DNA of 64,000 bases, taken from NCBI RefSeq assembly GCF_036321535.1, contig NC_087437.1:34350001-34414000 (forward strand), in the 5' to 3' direction. Position 1 is the first letter of the stretch. Every line of letters starts with the position of its first letter. Positions 14,030-28,486 of the stretch are shown here, in pieces. The notes beneath the pieces are model-generated. The model ran no database searches and had not been told where the DNA came from. It worked only from the letters and a program-made list of their open reading frames with translations. Made by a program: the position numbers and the translations under genes. This DNA is from Camelus dromedarius. Its lineage: Eukaryota.

Positions 14030-14330
14030 ACAAATGTTTACAAATCAGAAATAGACTCACAGACATAGAAAACAAACCATGGTTACCAAAAGGGGGATAA
14101 ATTAGGATTTTTGGGATTAACAGATACACACTACTACATATAAAATAGATAAACAACAAGGACCTACTGTAAGCACAGGAAACTATATTCAATATCTTGT
14201 AATAACCTATAATGGAAAAGAATCTGAAAAAGAATATATATATAACTGAATCACTTTGCTGTACACCTGAAACTAATTCAATTTTGTAAGTCAAATATAC
14301 TTCAATACAAAATTAATTAATTTAAATAAA
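14030..14330 (+). mobile_element. L1 3'UTR fragment, same family as 4001-5491
   Basis: Highly similar to 5190-5490 (cagaaatagactcacagacatagaaaa...aatcactttgctgtacacc). Confidence 0.9.
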
Positions 14331-15337
14331 GGGAGAACATAGTATGTCCATGACAAAAGTAACTATATGCCATTTTTGTTACTTCTGTTCAAGGGGAAGG
14401 ATATCTATAAAAATTCTAATCTAAGGGAATTACTAGTAAGGGGCCTGTAATTGAAATATTTATGGGTTAATTTTGAGTCCAGAGAGAGACAAAGATGATG
14501 AAAGACATTTCGAACCTGGAAAAATCAACATGCCAACTTTATAACATATAACTTCAGATGTATATAAGCCCTACAGCCTTGTTCACTGAGAGATACATAC
14601 CTGCAAGAATGAGTAGAGAAACCTAATATGTCATACAGGAGACCAGCCTGCCACTCAGTCTCAGAAAGCAATCTGTCCCAAGGCCTAACCTAGCCGGGAA
14701 GGTTACTGACCACTGCTTGTTACAATTCTTTTCTTATTTCTTTCTTAGCTTCACAAATCTCTCTTGGCTCCTCTCTCCGCCTGTATGTCTGCTTTATCCC
14801 AATCTTTCAGTGGATTTCTCTTTTTTCATCCATCCCATAAATGCAGGTGATGTCTTACCACTCCACAATTTCCCTGGCAATTGTACCCATTCTCTGGTTC
14901 AACCACCATCCATCTGCTGATGACTCCTAAATCTACATGTCTAGTTCAAATCTTTCTTGAGCTTCAGGTCCAATAATCAACTATTATCACATATCTCTTC
15001 ATGTATCTATCACGTATCACAAATATTTCAAATCCAACATCCCTTCCAAATCTGCTAATATTCGTACTACCATCTATCCAGTTACTGAAATCAGAAATTT
15101 TGGAGACATCCTAGACTCTCTTTTCTTCTTCAGACACAACTTGTAATCAATCACAATTCAGAAAAGGCAAAAATCTTTAATGACAAACTACTCACAAATA
15201 TAAATATAAATTTGAATAAATTCTTCTATGATGTTAGGAAACTATTAAGTACAGTAGAAAATGTAATTTACTAAGTGGTAGATAGAAGAATACATTAAGA
15301 CCAATCAGGTTTTGGAATTGATGAAAAACATTTATTA

Positions 15338-15511
<174 letters not shown>

Positions 15512-15614
15512 CTAAAAAAAAGAAAAATATATTGGTAGGGGATAGTGATAGCAATGTAATAAATTATGATAAGAAAAACACACAAACATATACACATAAG
15601 TAAACATTATTTAC

Positions 15615-15704
15615 TTCACCAATTGCTGCGTAGGCTATTTCTGCAGTAGTCATATCTCGATTAGCAACTGCCATGGCAGCTAGGCAAGCCCACATGGTTT
15701 GCTC
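15615..15704 (-). CDS. IFT80: IFT80 coding exon (~exon 17), 90 bp: [30 protein letters not shown]
   Basis: Acceptor ttctcag|GAG, donor GAA|gtaaa; followed by a short 103-bp intron. Confidence 0.96.
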
Positions 15705-16493
15705 CTGAGAAATATGAGAACAATTATTTTAACTACATGGCTGAACTGCCTTAAAATAAACAGTGAGTTTAAGTTATATTTTAATGAAAAAATTAAAAAT
15801 TACTCAGTATGGCACTGAAAAACCCAATAATTTAATAAATAAATGATGCAAAATTTAATTGTAGCTACTTTGTTAAAATATATTAATAACACATAGAGAT
15901 CTGTTTTGAATAAAAATTTTTGAAACTGTTCATTTCTAATTATCAAAGGTTTATGTTTGAACTTATGGTATACTTTTATGATAGCTCAAGGTTACAAGCC
16001 CTCCGGTCTTTTTGATGAGATGTCAAAAAATGCAACTTACAGAGAACCAGAGAAATAGTGAAGTTCTCGACAATGCTGTCAGAGCAGTAAGGAAAATCAT
16101 CTAAAAGTCCTTTCACAAAAATGTATCCGAAGGGATGCTAACAAATATAAAACTAAAAAGTTCTTTGGTCAAATATACTTGGAAAACACTGGATTCAAGC
16201 AAGTTGGGAAATGCTGATCTCAAGTAAAGGTTCTTAACCTTAGCTGTACAAATCATTGGAGAAACTTAAAAAATATGTCCAGGCCTCACCCCAGATCTAA
16301 TAAATTAGAATCTATGTTGGGGTTAAGAACTTGGAAATCTGACTTTAAGAAAAAAAAACTACACACTTAAATTATAGCTTCTTCAGAGAATGAATCACAC
16401 AGCAACATCTATCTTGCTGTATCACTCATGTCTTCACCTATTAAAAAAAAATGTGATCCCATTTACAATTTTTCTACACCTTAGCTCATATTA

Positions 16494-16847
<354 letters not shown>

Positions 16848-17840
16848 TTAATTCCAGTGAGAATGAATATATTCAAAAAACATTTGACTCTAACTTGCTC
16901 TACACATTTAGAGCAAAATATAAAATATTTTAACGTGGCAAAAATTATTACATATTTGAGAACTTGGTATAAAAGTATTTGAAATCATCTTTTTTTCCCT
17001 AAGTCTTAAGGTAAATCACACAAAAAATTAAAGCACTTAGCTTCAGCTTTCAAAAGTGTAAACATCAAAAATTAAGCTGATTCCAAGATTATTTTCTCAT
17101 AATAACAAGAGGTGAACTTTAAGATACTAACTTCTCCTCTTTAGCTTAAATTTTTTTTACATGATGCCTCTCTAGTTTTGCTAACATTACAGGCTTGAAT
17201 ATTAAAAAATGAACTCAAAATAGATCTTAAACTTAAGCTAAGATTTGGAATTGAGAAATCTTGGTATTCCTAGGTTGTCAAGAGTGAGAGATCTCCTTGC
17301 TGTTTCTTAGAGAATTTAGGACTATAAATGCATTTGATTTTCTGAAGCATATAACATAAAAAAAACTTTTCAGTAACCTTATATATACTTTTTTTATATT
17401 TAATATTAACCTAAAAATTCAATTCTAGAGAGATATATATTCCTGAAAGTCTCAATGTAAATGATAATCTGGGACACAGTAAATATTGTCACCAAGTTGT
17501 GTATCACAGAAAAATCTTGAGTGCCTATATAAAAATCACTAAACCACATTGAAAAAAAACTACCTGAGTTACCATTAAACAACAGTAAGATTGAAAATTA
17601 TTTTCACATAAGGAAAATCATATTCATATAAGGAATAAACAAATAAATTTAATAATATTATATGACACTTTCAACTTGATTCCATCACTTAAATCTCATC
17701 AAACTAGCTCTTTAGCTGAACATTTTATTTAGTTGACAAAGTAAAGTGAAAGATACACTGCAGGACTGAAATTAGAGGCAAAGACACGACACCATTAATT
17801 TTATTTACCACAATAAACAACCCTATGCAGTAAAATGTTA

Positions 17841-17990
<150 letters not shown>

Positions 17991-18400
17991 TTATTTTAAA
18001 AAGAATATTAATGTACTATTAGTTCCACTAAATAAGTATTAAAAATATACCTTTAAAATCAGGTGATATACAAGACCCCAACTAACTGCTAGTAGGTATG
18101 ACTATTTTCCTATTATATAGTGGTGAAAACATGTGTAAAAATTCACATAAAAATATTTGAACATTTTACTCAGAACTATTATATTTTTAATTCACAAGTC
18201 TTTCTTTCACTGTCAAGTTAGCTTTAGCAGCTACAGACTTGCTATTGCAATGGCAGTTAAGTAGGTAAGAAATGTTAAGAGACCAAAGCATTATTCATAG
18301 ATTCATTCAAGCAAGTAAGCTATTTAGTATAATATATGAAAGAGTGGAGTTAAGAAAATTGAAAGTAATCAAAATTTTAAATATATTACAATTATTTTAC

Positions 18401-18536
18401 CAAGTTTGACAATTTGTTCTTCCTTCCCAAATCGTTTCACTGAAGTAATATAGAGATCTCTATTTTTATCAATGAAAGCAATTTTTCTATCATTGGTAAG
18501 TCCCTTTTGATCCAGAGCAATTTCCAAAATTTCATT
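18401..18536 (-). CDS. IFT80: IFT80 coding exon (~exon 14), 136 bp: [45 protein letters not shown](G)
   Basis: Acceptor attttag|AAT, donor G|gtaaa; phase 0/1. Confidence 0.96.
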
Positions 18537-18643
18537 CTAAAATTTAAAAAAATGAAAATACTGGATTAGTTTTAGTGCTTGACATTAGATCATTTTAATT
18601 GTTTAATTACAAGAACATTTGTTTATTTAAAGATCAATTATAA

Positions 18644-18769
18644 GGGACAGGGTATAGCTCAGTGGTAGAGTGCATGCTTAACATGTACGAGGTCCTCGAT
18701 TCAATCCCCAGTGCCTCCATTAACAAATAAATAAATAAACCTAATTATGCCCCACCGAAAATTCTTTAG
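18644..18769 (+). mobile_element. tRNA-derived SINE (Vic-1-like)
   Basis: A box tagctcagtgg, B-box-like gattcaatccc, (AAAT)n tail; exact 12-bp TSD aaagatcaatta at 18629-18640 and 18770-18781. Confidence 0.88.
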
Positions 18770-20539
18770 AAAGATCAATTACATATCACTCATCTACTTA
18801 TAATGATAAAATATTCCTGTTTTAAATTTAAAATTATTACTCATACTAATAATTCAAAAGCTAAAGTGTAGGTTTTTTTTTAATTTGCAAGGGAAAGATG
18901 CCCATTAAAACACTATAAAATAATGTATATTTTGAAACTCTGTAAGCTGAGACATACCTTCAGTTGTCCTCCTGTCCTATCTTTAGAAGACAGAGTGAAA
19001 GGGTGAGGCAAGTCTGGGTCACATGAGAAGTCTACTTTGATTAATAAATTCCTCACACCAAAATTTACTCTAAGTGGATTGACTCTATTTTAAAGATTCG
19101 TAAGAGTAGATTTGTAAAAACATCTTGTTTTTAGAGCTTTAAATTTTATAGATTCTTTCACATTCACTTCCTATGAAATAGGAAAGAATTTGAGATGTAG
19201 GTATTATACTTGGTTTCTGGATGAGAAGATGGAGATCCATAGACAGTAAGCGATTTTGCTCAGAAAAAGCTGGTAATAAGCATATCTAGAATTTAAAACC
19301 CAGACTTCTGACTGCAAGATTAGTGCTCTGTCCACAATAACAAAGTATTTCTGGCATACTGTATTAATCTATTCTACTGTTATACTACCTAGTGAAACCC
19401 ATCTCCTTATAACTTGGAAATGGTTCAGTATGAATTTATTTCAACTCAGACCAAGAGGAATTTATTTACTGCTTACTATGTCTAAAGACTTGCTAGGATC
19501 TGTGAATTCAGAATTGTGACACACCACCGAGTTATTGCATCTATTATAACACCTTTAAAAACGGAACAAAACAGACATATACCCTTATATAAGTTGATGG
19601 ATCAAGATAAGCCATATACTAGTTCATAATACCTTTTCACAAAAATTCTTCTCTTCCTTGGAATACTGTAATTTGTATTTTAAGAAAAAATAATTTTGTT
19701 CTATGTACATCAAGATATGGGTGAAATAAAACCCTAGGCATTTTCAAAATGGAAACCTTCCAGAGAAACTGCTCTTTACAACAAAGAATTGCTTATCATC
19801 ACCATCAAAAGTACCTAGTTTATATTTTTAAAAACTGTTAAAAAGATATAATTCTCGTCTCTAAGAAATACAAAATCAAAGATGGACAGTAATGATAATG
19901 TCTTTTATGTACAGATAGTAGGGAGAAGTTTCCTCCTTCTCATTCGCTACTGATTCAGCAGGGCTCCCGGATCTCCCTTGGTCCCATCCTACTACGTTCA
20001 AGTTGTCCTGTTCCTCCTGGGTCACTACTCACTGCAACAGGACATAAGCAGCTTCATGTTCATTTGAACTTTCTCCCTTGCCCTACACTAACATTCATTT
20101 ATAAAAGACAAACTTGAGTTCTAGTTTTGGCTCTGTTATTCATTTGGGAAGATCTCAGATTTTAGTATCTTCATATAGAAAATAAAATAGATTGAAGGAA
20201 CTTTTCTATTATGCTATAAAATGCCAAGTTTTAAAATTCTTTGTATTATATACAAGGGAAAGAGGTAAAAATTTCCCGTGTAATCGAGTAAAGTATGAGA
20301 TGAGGAAGTCTCCTCCATTCTTACAAATACTGAAATTGTAAATTTCTTACACTTAGGAAAGGTGATCTGGAAACAGAATTATCACATAAAATAAATATTT
20401 ATTAAATCTTCTTAAATGACTCTCATTTCAATCCTATTACTGCACCTTGAAAAGCTGAGAAATTCACTCCCTTTCTATATGCTTAATCCTACTGAAAAGG
20501 AAAAGTTCTGCTTACATAGCCTTGATTTTTAATGAATAT

Positions 20540-21220
20540 CTTGGAGGGAAATAGGCATCTGATGTAGTACCAGTGGGAACATAAATTGATACAGCTTCTT
20601 GGTAATATAACTTGACAATACTTATTAAAATTACAAATGCTCAAATCCTTTGACCCAGCAACAACATTTCAAGAATTTATGCTACAGATACACTAACACA
20701 TATGCAAGAAGATATATATGCAAAGGTAAGTCATCTTGGCAACACTGTAATAGCTATAAACAATGTAATGTCTATAGAGACTATAAACAACTTAATGTCC
20801 ATCATGTGGGCACGAGTTAAACAAATTCTGATACGTCTATAAAATGTTATACTATATGGTGGGAAAAAAAAGGATTGGGAAAGCACTTTATGTATTGATA
20901 TGGAAAAATCTCCAAAAATAGAGCACTATGTGAGAAAAGCAAAGTGCACGTTTGTATATTATATTTTTGTAAAAGAGGGAGAAAATTATATATATCAGTT
21001 TTATCTATGTATGCTCTAAAAATCTCTGGAATGATATAGGGAGATTAATGATGGTGGTTACTTATTTGGTGGAAAAACACTGTACTGACGAGAAACAGAT
21101 ATAGCAGAGAGACTTTTTCACTGTATGTTTTTTAATGCTTTTTAAGATTTCTGAACCATATGAATGTATTTGTTACTCAAATTTAAAATTAATAATTACA
21201 AAAAGAAGAAAATAAAATAT
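20540..21220 (+). mobile_element. Old L1 (L1ME-like) 3' fragment
   Basis: 'tttgacccagcaac', 'aatgtccatca' and other decayed L1 3' motifs; boundaries approximate. Confidence 0.65.
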
Positions 21221-21801
21221 AAAGTAACACTTCACTCATAGCTCTGAACAATAAAGTTAAAAGTATCTTTAGACCATAATACATCACTTGTTAGAATGCT
21301 AATTTAATAAAATGTGCTTATCTGTTTATTTTAAGGCTAAAAATCAGAAACCAATAAACAATTCACAATTTGGGGTCCTTTTGTATTTCTATAGAAACCT
21401 TTTTTTTTTTTTTCAGCTTAACTACAGTCTTAAAACCTAAGAACAGGTCAGTGGCCAAACTGCAAGCTGTTTAGAAGTATAAACACATTTTTATTTACTG
21501 ATACTGATAGGTGCTAAAAGTTTAGTCAAGATAGAATATTTTATTGAAAAGCAGTAAAGAGCCTGAGTAAAAAAACATAGAAGTCAGATTCTTTTATTCA
21601 ATTAATTTGCATATATAGTTTTCTATTATAGAGTTTACTAGTGCTTAGTTTTTATGACATTTTTAGGCAAAATACTCTATATAGAATGCACACTGGCTTT
21701 AAATATCAAACTAATTTTCATGTTTTCCTCCTTAACATGAAAATATTAATTTTTAAAAAGAAGTATATGGCTACTTATATTAAAAATAGCTAATGTATTA
21801 C

Positions 21802-21866
21802 CTTATGAGAAAGAAGCTTCCCGTCTCCCAATGGTTTTCCAGTTGATGTCTCAAAGAGGAAGATTA
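21802..21866 (-). CDS. IFT80: IFT80 coding exon (~exon 13), 65 bp: (I)[21 protein letters not shown]
   Basis: Acceptor gttcaag|TA, donor AAG|gtaat; phase 1/0. Confidence 0.95.
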
Positions 21867-22287
21867 CTTGAACAAAAAGTAAAGCATTAGTTAATGTGTT
21901 ACTTTAAAATTTTTATAGGTAAATTTCAATGGAATTATCATAATCCTAATGAGAAATTATTTAACTCTTTGGACCACAGAGTATCTATCAGCACAGAAGA
22001 GAAGCTGAGTCAGGTTCCTACTTAGTAATGGGGTCATATTTCTTAAGAAAACAATGGAACTGAATACACCTTCCACAAACATAAATTCCTAATTAGAATT
22101 GCTATTAATAGTATGGCATCAACATGCCATAGGATCAACAATGGCAAGTCCATATTGTAGTTTGTAATTTTCATAACTCTGATTTAGACCAACATCACAG
22201 ACATCACAGACAATCATTTCACAAAGGAAAAACGTGTCAAGTGCCCACTATAATACCAGGCGATGTGTTATGTACTCTTTAGCTCCC

Positions 22288-22556
22288 TGTGGTCAGTACA
22301 CTACTGTGTAATAAACAATTTGTCTAGCCTTTGTCCTGGGTTCTTGACGGGGTCTTCAACAATCCTTGGAATTTCCTGAGTGATAGGAGTGTCTCTGTTA
22401 TGCTAATGGAGAGACTTTTGGTGATTCCCTAGATGGCTTCAGAATGGGGGCTGGTCACCAGAAAGACCAGTCATGTGATTAGAGAGTTTGGACTTTCAGC
22501 TCCCTGACCTCTGGAAATGGGAGGGGGGCTGGAAATTGAGTTCAATCATGTAGCCA
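22288..22556 (+). mobile_element. LTR fragment, MER21-like
   Basis: 'ccttggaatttcctgagtgataggagtgtct', 'gggggctggtcaccagaaagacca...tgtgattagagag' and 'ggctggaaattgagttcaatca' resemble recalled MER21 consensus motifs. Confidence 0.7.
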
Positions 22557-25049
22557 CTCTTCAGCCTACTACAACGTGATGTTCGACCTCATTACACCGA
22601 TGCAAAGGCCCTTGCATAGGATTACCAACGACCCCTATGCCGCCAAATCAGTCTATTTTTAGTCTTCAAGAATCTACGTTTAGTCTTCACCTCCCAGCAA
22701 CACTGGATGCTCCTGACCATCCTCTTTCTTGAAATTCTTATGTGGGCTACACATAACATTGTTTTCTCCGATTCTCTCCTATTTTGGACCATCCTTCATT
22801 CTCTTTTGCTTGTTCCTCCTTATTTGGTAATCCTTATTTGTAAGGTTTTGTTTTAGGTCACCTTTTTACACTACATACTTTCCTGGATTATTTTCATGAC
22901 ATCAATCATTATCTAAAAAAATGATAATTCAAAGTTCTCCATTTCCAACCCCACATTTCTCAGATGCTCTGAGTAGGCCAAGCTGTAAAAATTATGAGAG
23001 ATATTGTATTGAAGAAGCCAGGAAAAAAGCTGTCTCTGCCCCTTTCTCTGTTTCACCAAAGGCTTCTCCTAATCTCATAGATGACAGCGGTATTGGCAGC
23101 TGTTCTTCACTCTTTTAAAAAGACTGTTGGTGCTTTGGTCATTTTTTATAAATAATTCCCAAATTACTCGAGCTCAAGATTCATCCCAAATGGAGTAATT
23201 CTATATGACTGAACACACACATAGAATGACAAAAAATGAAAAGACAAGTGGTACAAGTAGTCAACCAAAAAACTGGACAATTTATACAGATCATAAAAAT
23301 GCTAAAATACATATTATATGATATTTAAATTCCAGACGATCACACTTGTAGTATACTGATTTGTAGCTGTTAGTAAACCTTAGGATGTTACGTTTGAGGT
23401 CACTGGCTATATTCACAGAGGAAATCATGTGTTTACAATAAGTTATGTTCTAAAATTGCCAAGAAAAATGAAAAAGAAAAATACTGTAACATAATTTTTA
23501 ACTAAGTATAGAAACAAAAATTAGAAAAATTTGGCTTTCACTTTTTAAAAAAATGCTTTGGGCATGACTAAACTCAGTTATTTTCATAGCTATACAAACT
23601 AATAACTTTTTTTTTTAAAAAAAAAGCTTTCCATCCTTTTGTTTGTTGACTGCACATATTGCAAAGAGCTGCAGGTATATGGATGAACTCATCTATTTCC
23701 ATCTCTGGACCCAGCTTTTAATTTTAATATGTAACAGAAACTGGCAGAAAGAACACCTAAGGAGCTGGGAGCTGAAAGAGTTTCTTCTAAACATATGTAA
23801 CTGCTCTCTAACTTCTCCTCCCCCTTCCTTTAGACATTTGTTTAAAACAATCTCCTGCACTAACATCACAGTGTATTTGTGCAAGGTGGCTTGGGAGAAT
23901 AAGGAAGTCAAAAGCAGTACATCTACTACCTAATCAATCCCCCAAAAGGGGTATTCAAAGTCATGTAACAGGTATTTATTGAGCACTTATTATACAAGCA
24001 CTGTGCTGGGTACAAGAATCCTGCCTATTAAGGAGCTCTCAAGTTAGGAAGGAATCACTGATTTCATATGCGGATGGCCCCTTGAAAGGAAATTTTACAG
24101 GTTAAAGATTCCAAGTACTTCAATTGTGTTTTCTATTATTAGCATACACCTCTATTTGGCCTTCAATGAATACTACTTTCTTTAAAAAGAAACACAGGAA
24201 AATATTTTCCTTCTCATTTTATCAGTCCTACAATAATTTTTAGTCTGTTTAATTTTCTGTTTACAGCAAAACAGAATTGCATGATTATTTTGTTCAACAA
24301 TCAAAGTTTATATAAGTAAAACATATTTTACTGGCAGATAAATCCGTATTTCTGAAAATGTTCATAAATTTCTCTAGCTCTAAAATTCTATGAATTATCA
24401 ATGTATTAAAGAATAATGAAATGTTTCAGATGTGAATTAACTATAGAAAAACTCAGAATAAGGTCTGTTCAGTTGGAAACACACTTTATTATAGCTTATA
24501 TCTAAAATATGTGGTGCTGAATAAGAAAAGTATAGAAATCTCATAATGATCACTGGGATTTTCAAATTAAAGTTTACTGAAAACAAAAATCTGACTTCTA
24601 AATTATTATTATTAAAAATTACCCAGCCACCTTAAATCTGTCTGCTATCTAGATAGTATCTAGATTTTATTTCTTTTCATTCTCTTTCCCTCTTTTTCAG
24701 CCAGAAGAGAAGTCCTTTAAAAACAAAACAATTACCAAATGTCCTTTCTCAGAGATAGTCTAAGGTCTAAAGACAGAGAATAGCTCTATTTCGGAGAATT
24801 ATTTTTCCTACTGGTATGAGAGGTGATGCCATCTGAAAGTACTGAAAATTTAAAAGTGGGACAGTTTTCTAGCTCCTAAATTAGGTCTCCCATGGCCTGA
24901 AGTAACAAAATTAACAGGTCAGATTTCTTTTTTGTTTGTAACGTATGGCAGTAATTAGTGAACAATGTTAAGCAATATGTATTAACAGAGAAAAACAATT
25001 ATTTAGTACTTTTCAGTAGGCTTTAGGGATAGCTCACTCTCACCTTTAC

Positions 25050-25745
25050 CTCACTGGCTTCTTCTCCTCTTACCCATCTCTAAATATTGATGTGCTCAGT
25101 CACTGTGCACACTCACTTTCTATGTGGCTTTAGTCAGTGTCATGGCACCATCTACACATCAAGAGCCCCCAAATTTATATCTCATCCTCAGCTCTTCCTG
25201 GGCCCTGGACTTGCTTATCCTACTGTTGACTCTCCATGCCTGTTTGGATGTCTATGAAGCATTTAAATTTACTGAAACAGAATTCTTGGTTTGCGAGCCC
25301 CATCTAAACTTTCTCCTTCCCCATCTTTCGTCTCATTCATCTGAGATTAAAAACCTAGGATAATACGCCTGCCTCCTCTCTCATGCCAGCATCTTTACCA
25401 CGGCCAAGTCTTTACATGATCCGGCTCCTAGTCATCTACCTCTCCGTCCTCTCCTACCACTCTCTGCCTCCTTCATGCTGACCTGGTCCCACGACTTTCT
25501 GGCAGTTCCTTTTACATGCCGATCATCCCCACCTTGTACTTGCTTGCCTTATAGTCATCTCACTGCCCACCTCCAGAATTCTCTATTCCTTCATCCTGCA
25601 TTAATTTCCTTCACAGCACTTATCATTAGCTGACTATTTACATTTGTTTCTTTATTTGTCTGCGTTGTGCACTGTTGTATCCCCAACTTTTAGGAAAGTA
25701 CTTGGCACAGAGTAAGAACTCAATACTCGTTGTTGGGTAAATGTT
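25050..25745 (+). mobile_element. Ancient L2 3' fragment
   Basis: Ends 'ctgttgtatcccca...cttggcacagagtaagaactcaata'. Confidence 0.6.
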
Positions 25746-26344
25746 GTGATTATATTGTAAACTATGACTGTAAGCAATGCCTTAATAAAATGGTTTCACT
25801 GTACTATGAAATTCCAAAACACCTGACATACTTACATTTATTTATAAATATTAATGTAGTGTAGATTTTTATATGAAAATTTAAAATTATTCATAACTTT
25901 CTTCCACTTTATTAATTTAAAAATATATAAATATAAAATGTATATAAGTATATATAAGCAAAATAAATAGTACAATGAAGTACAATATTTACTGTTACCA
26001 AATGAAGAAAAATTAAATATTAAAAAAGATCAATAAACTTAAAAATTAATATACAGTTTTAGGACTCACAATCTTGAATTCAAACTCTCTACCAACAGAA
26101 CATATAGATTTGTTCCTTACCACTAAGCTTTGATGTTGTGACAATACCTATTTGTTCCATCAATTATGTATAACATAACTTTAGTTCTTTAATTAACCCA
26201 CTCTTAGGACAAATTAAGAAGCTTGTAATTCTTTCATATAAAGTTAACATAATAATAGATGAGAAAATGAAAGTTGATGAAAATTTTACAGTGTTAAAAA
26301 ATTTCATGGAAATGTGACATGGAAAATTATAAAAATGCACTTAC

Positions 26345-26508
26345 TTTTTTCATCAGCTTTGTCTTTTATTGCTATGGTATCATTACTCAAAGAGACAGTC
26401 TGTGCATTTAGAATATCTGTTCTCATTCCGGGAAATTTTGGAGAAGAAATAAAGCGCCCTTCATAAGAATATAAATAGATACCACCACCATCTACAAGTA
26501 GAAAATGT
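26345..26508 (-). CDS. IFT80: IFT80 coding exon (~exon 12), 164 bp: (R)[54 protein letters not shown]
   Basis: Acceptor ttttttag|A, donor A|gtaagt; peptide visible in ORF 26304..26540. Confidence 0.97.
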
Positions 26509-28357
26509 CTAAAAAATAAAGAATAAAAATATATTCTCAAATAGGAATTTACTCTATTTTCATTTTTATATTAGAAGATAGTTCATGCTTTGGAAAAATC
26601 TACATCTTACAATTAAAACAATAATAAAACATAGATATACAAAGAATGAAATATAAAAACAACCTGAAAAGTCAACATTGGTTGTTTTGGTTTGTTTTCT
26701 AGGTTTTTGTTTTTTGATGGAGGTAGAAGAAAACTGAAAATGCCCATAATCACTACCCTATAAACTCAAGTTTCATCTCCTTTTATATTATACTTGCAAT
26801 TCATTTCCTACCTAAAGAAGCATCTCTATACAAAGGCAATAAGAAAACATTGTAATTTACAATTCGGTAGTTTTAATGCCAGACTCTATTTGTTTCATGA
26901 ATTAGTATTAATATATATTTTACAATTAAAGATTATGCTAAGGATAATTAAAGATTAGATATTGTGTAAAGTCCTAAAAAGTGAAAATGACTCAAACATT
27001 GACATTAGAGCTAGCATTTATTAAAATAAGATGCTCTGACTTTAAAATAATACAGTAACCATCAGTGAGAGCATACTCAATAAATACATTTACAAATAAT
27101 GTATAAAGAAATAGATTTATTTGGAACTGTTCAAGTAAAAAGAATTTGTAGGTAGCTGGCATCTTACCTTTCAAGTGGCAAAAATGTCTTTGTTTTAAAA
27201 TTTTATTATATAACTAAATAAATCACAGATTTCAATTTCAATACATGGCTGATAGAAAATTTGACACAATTATTTTCTTGACCACTCAAGATCATCAGCA
27301 GATGATCCTACTCTTCAGTAACTGTTTAACTGACAGCTTTGATACTCACGAGAATCCCCTGGTGCATCAGAATAATTATGCTACTCAGCTACACAGTTCT
27401 GTGCTTTCAGTTTTCTCTATGCTCCCTTGCCAGGTGGTCACTTTTCTTCCTGTCATTGTGCCAGTCTTTAACAGCTCACCAGCATTCCTCTTCTGGTTTG
27501 CTATTTATAAAAGGCTATGGGCTAGAAAACCTGATAATAACACTATTAAGAGCTGCCTAGGTGGTGAGTAAAGGGAAGAGGAATAAAGAGTACATGGTTC
27601 TAGTGCAAAGATTTCATGGGTAACTATTTTAGGTAATTGCCAATTATGTTTTCATACTTTATTCCTGGTTTTATTGAGCTGTAGCTTTCTAACTCTGACC
27701 TCTGATTCAGCAGGGTGTCACTGTACTTGACAGACTGACTGATAACTTTCATGGAGAAGTGTGGATTCCTGAGTAATAGCTATTCCTACTTTACTCCAGT
27801 TAACTGACTCGCAGTTTCTTAGTCCTGTATACATGAAGGTCTTGGTAGAGGATATTATTTTTTAAACTTTAGGTCACAGCTTAGTAGTGGCTCATAAAAA
27901 TCGATGAATTTCAACTAATATTTAAAAACAAAACAGAACAGAAAATAGGGGGACAATGAGGTAAAAACTATTTCACAGTAATTTGCCTGTTTCACTCTTA
28001 TTCTCTCATGTCATTCCTCTGATGTTTACTTGTAATAAGTTTATTATCATTTTTAAATAAATTAACACCTTCTAAATTTCTCAATTTTAATTACTAGTAC
28101 AGTAAATGCCAATATATATATAACCCACATATAACCTCAATTGACTTTTTAAGAATGTAAAATTCTGAGACAAAAAAGTTTCAGTATCACTGACCTAAGA
28201 GTTTACCCTTTTTTTCCTTTTAAAATACATAGTACAAACAGATTGATTCCAAATGACTGATGTACCATTCTGCAAATGGCATGCTTTAAAGAGTGCTTTA
28301 CTGCAATTTGAAATATTTTAACCCTAAATCCAATAGTCAAACATGATAAACAAATTA

Positions 28358-28486
<129 letters not shown>

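Noticed and set aside
13836..14294. Longest ORF in the track (152 aa, hydrophobic)
   Set aside because: Largely the antisense reading of an L1 3'UTR; its composition reflects T-richness and matches no recognisable protein.
15668..15679. Palindrome ctgccatggcag resembling an X-box inside exon ~17
   Set aside because: Explained by Ala-Met-Ala codons and lacks the GTT...AAC ends.
18644..18720. tRNA-like sequences with A and B boxes (also at 6600-6673, 31344 and 53264)
   Set aside because: They have A-rich tails and TSDs and are diverged from one another, so they are SINEs and not tRNA genes.
22921..23118. 65-aa plus-strand ORF ending in DDSGIGS (resembles a DSGxxS degron)
   Set aside because: Short, antisense and intronic, with no recognisable homolog or exon structure; a 6-residue motif is expected by chance. 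TBLASTN conservation would be needed to revive it.
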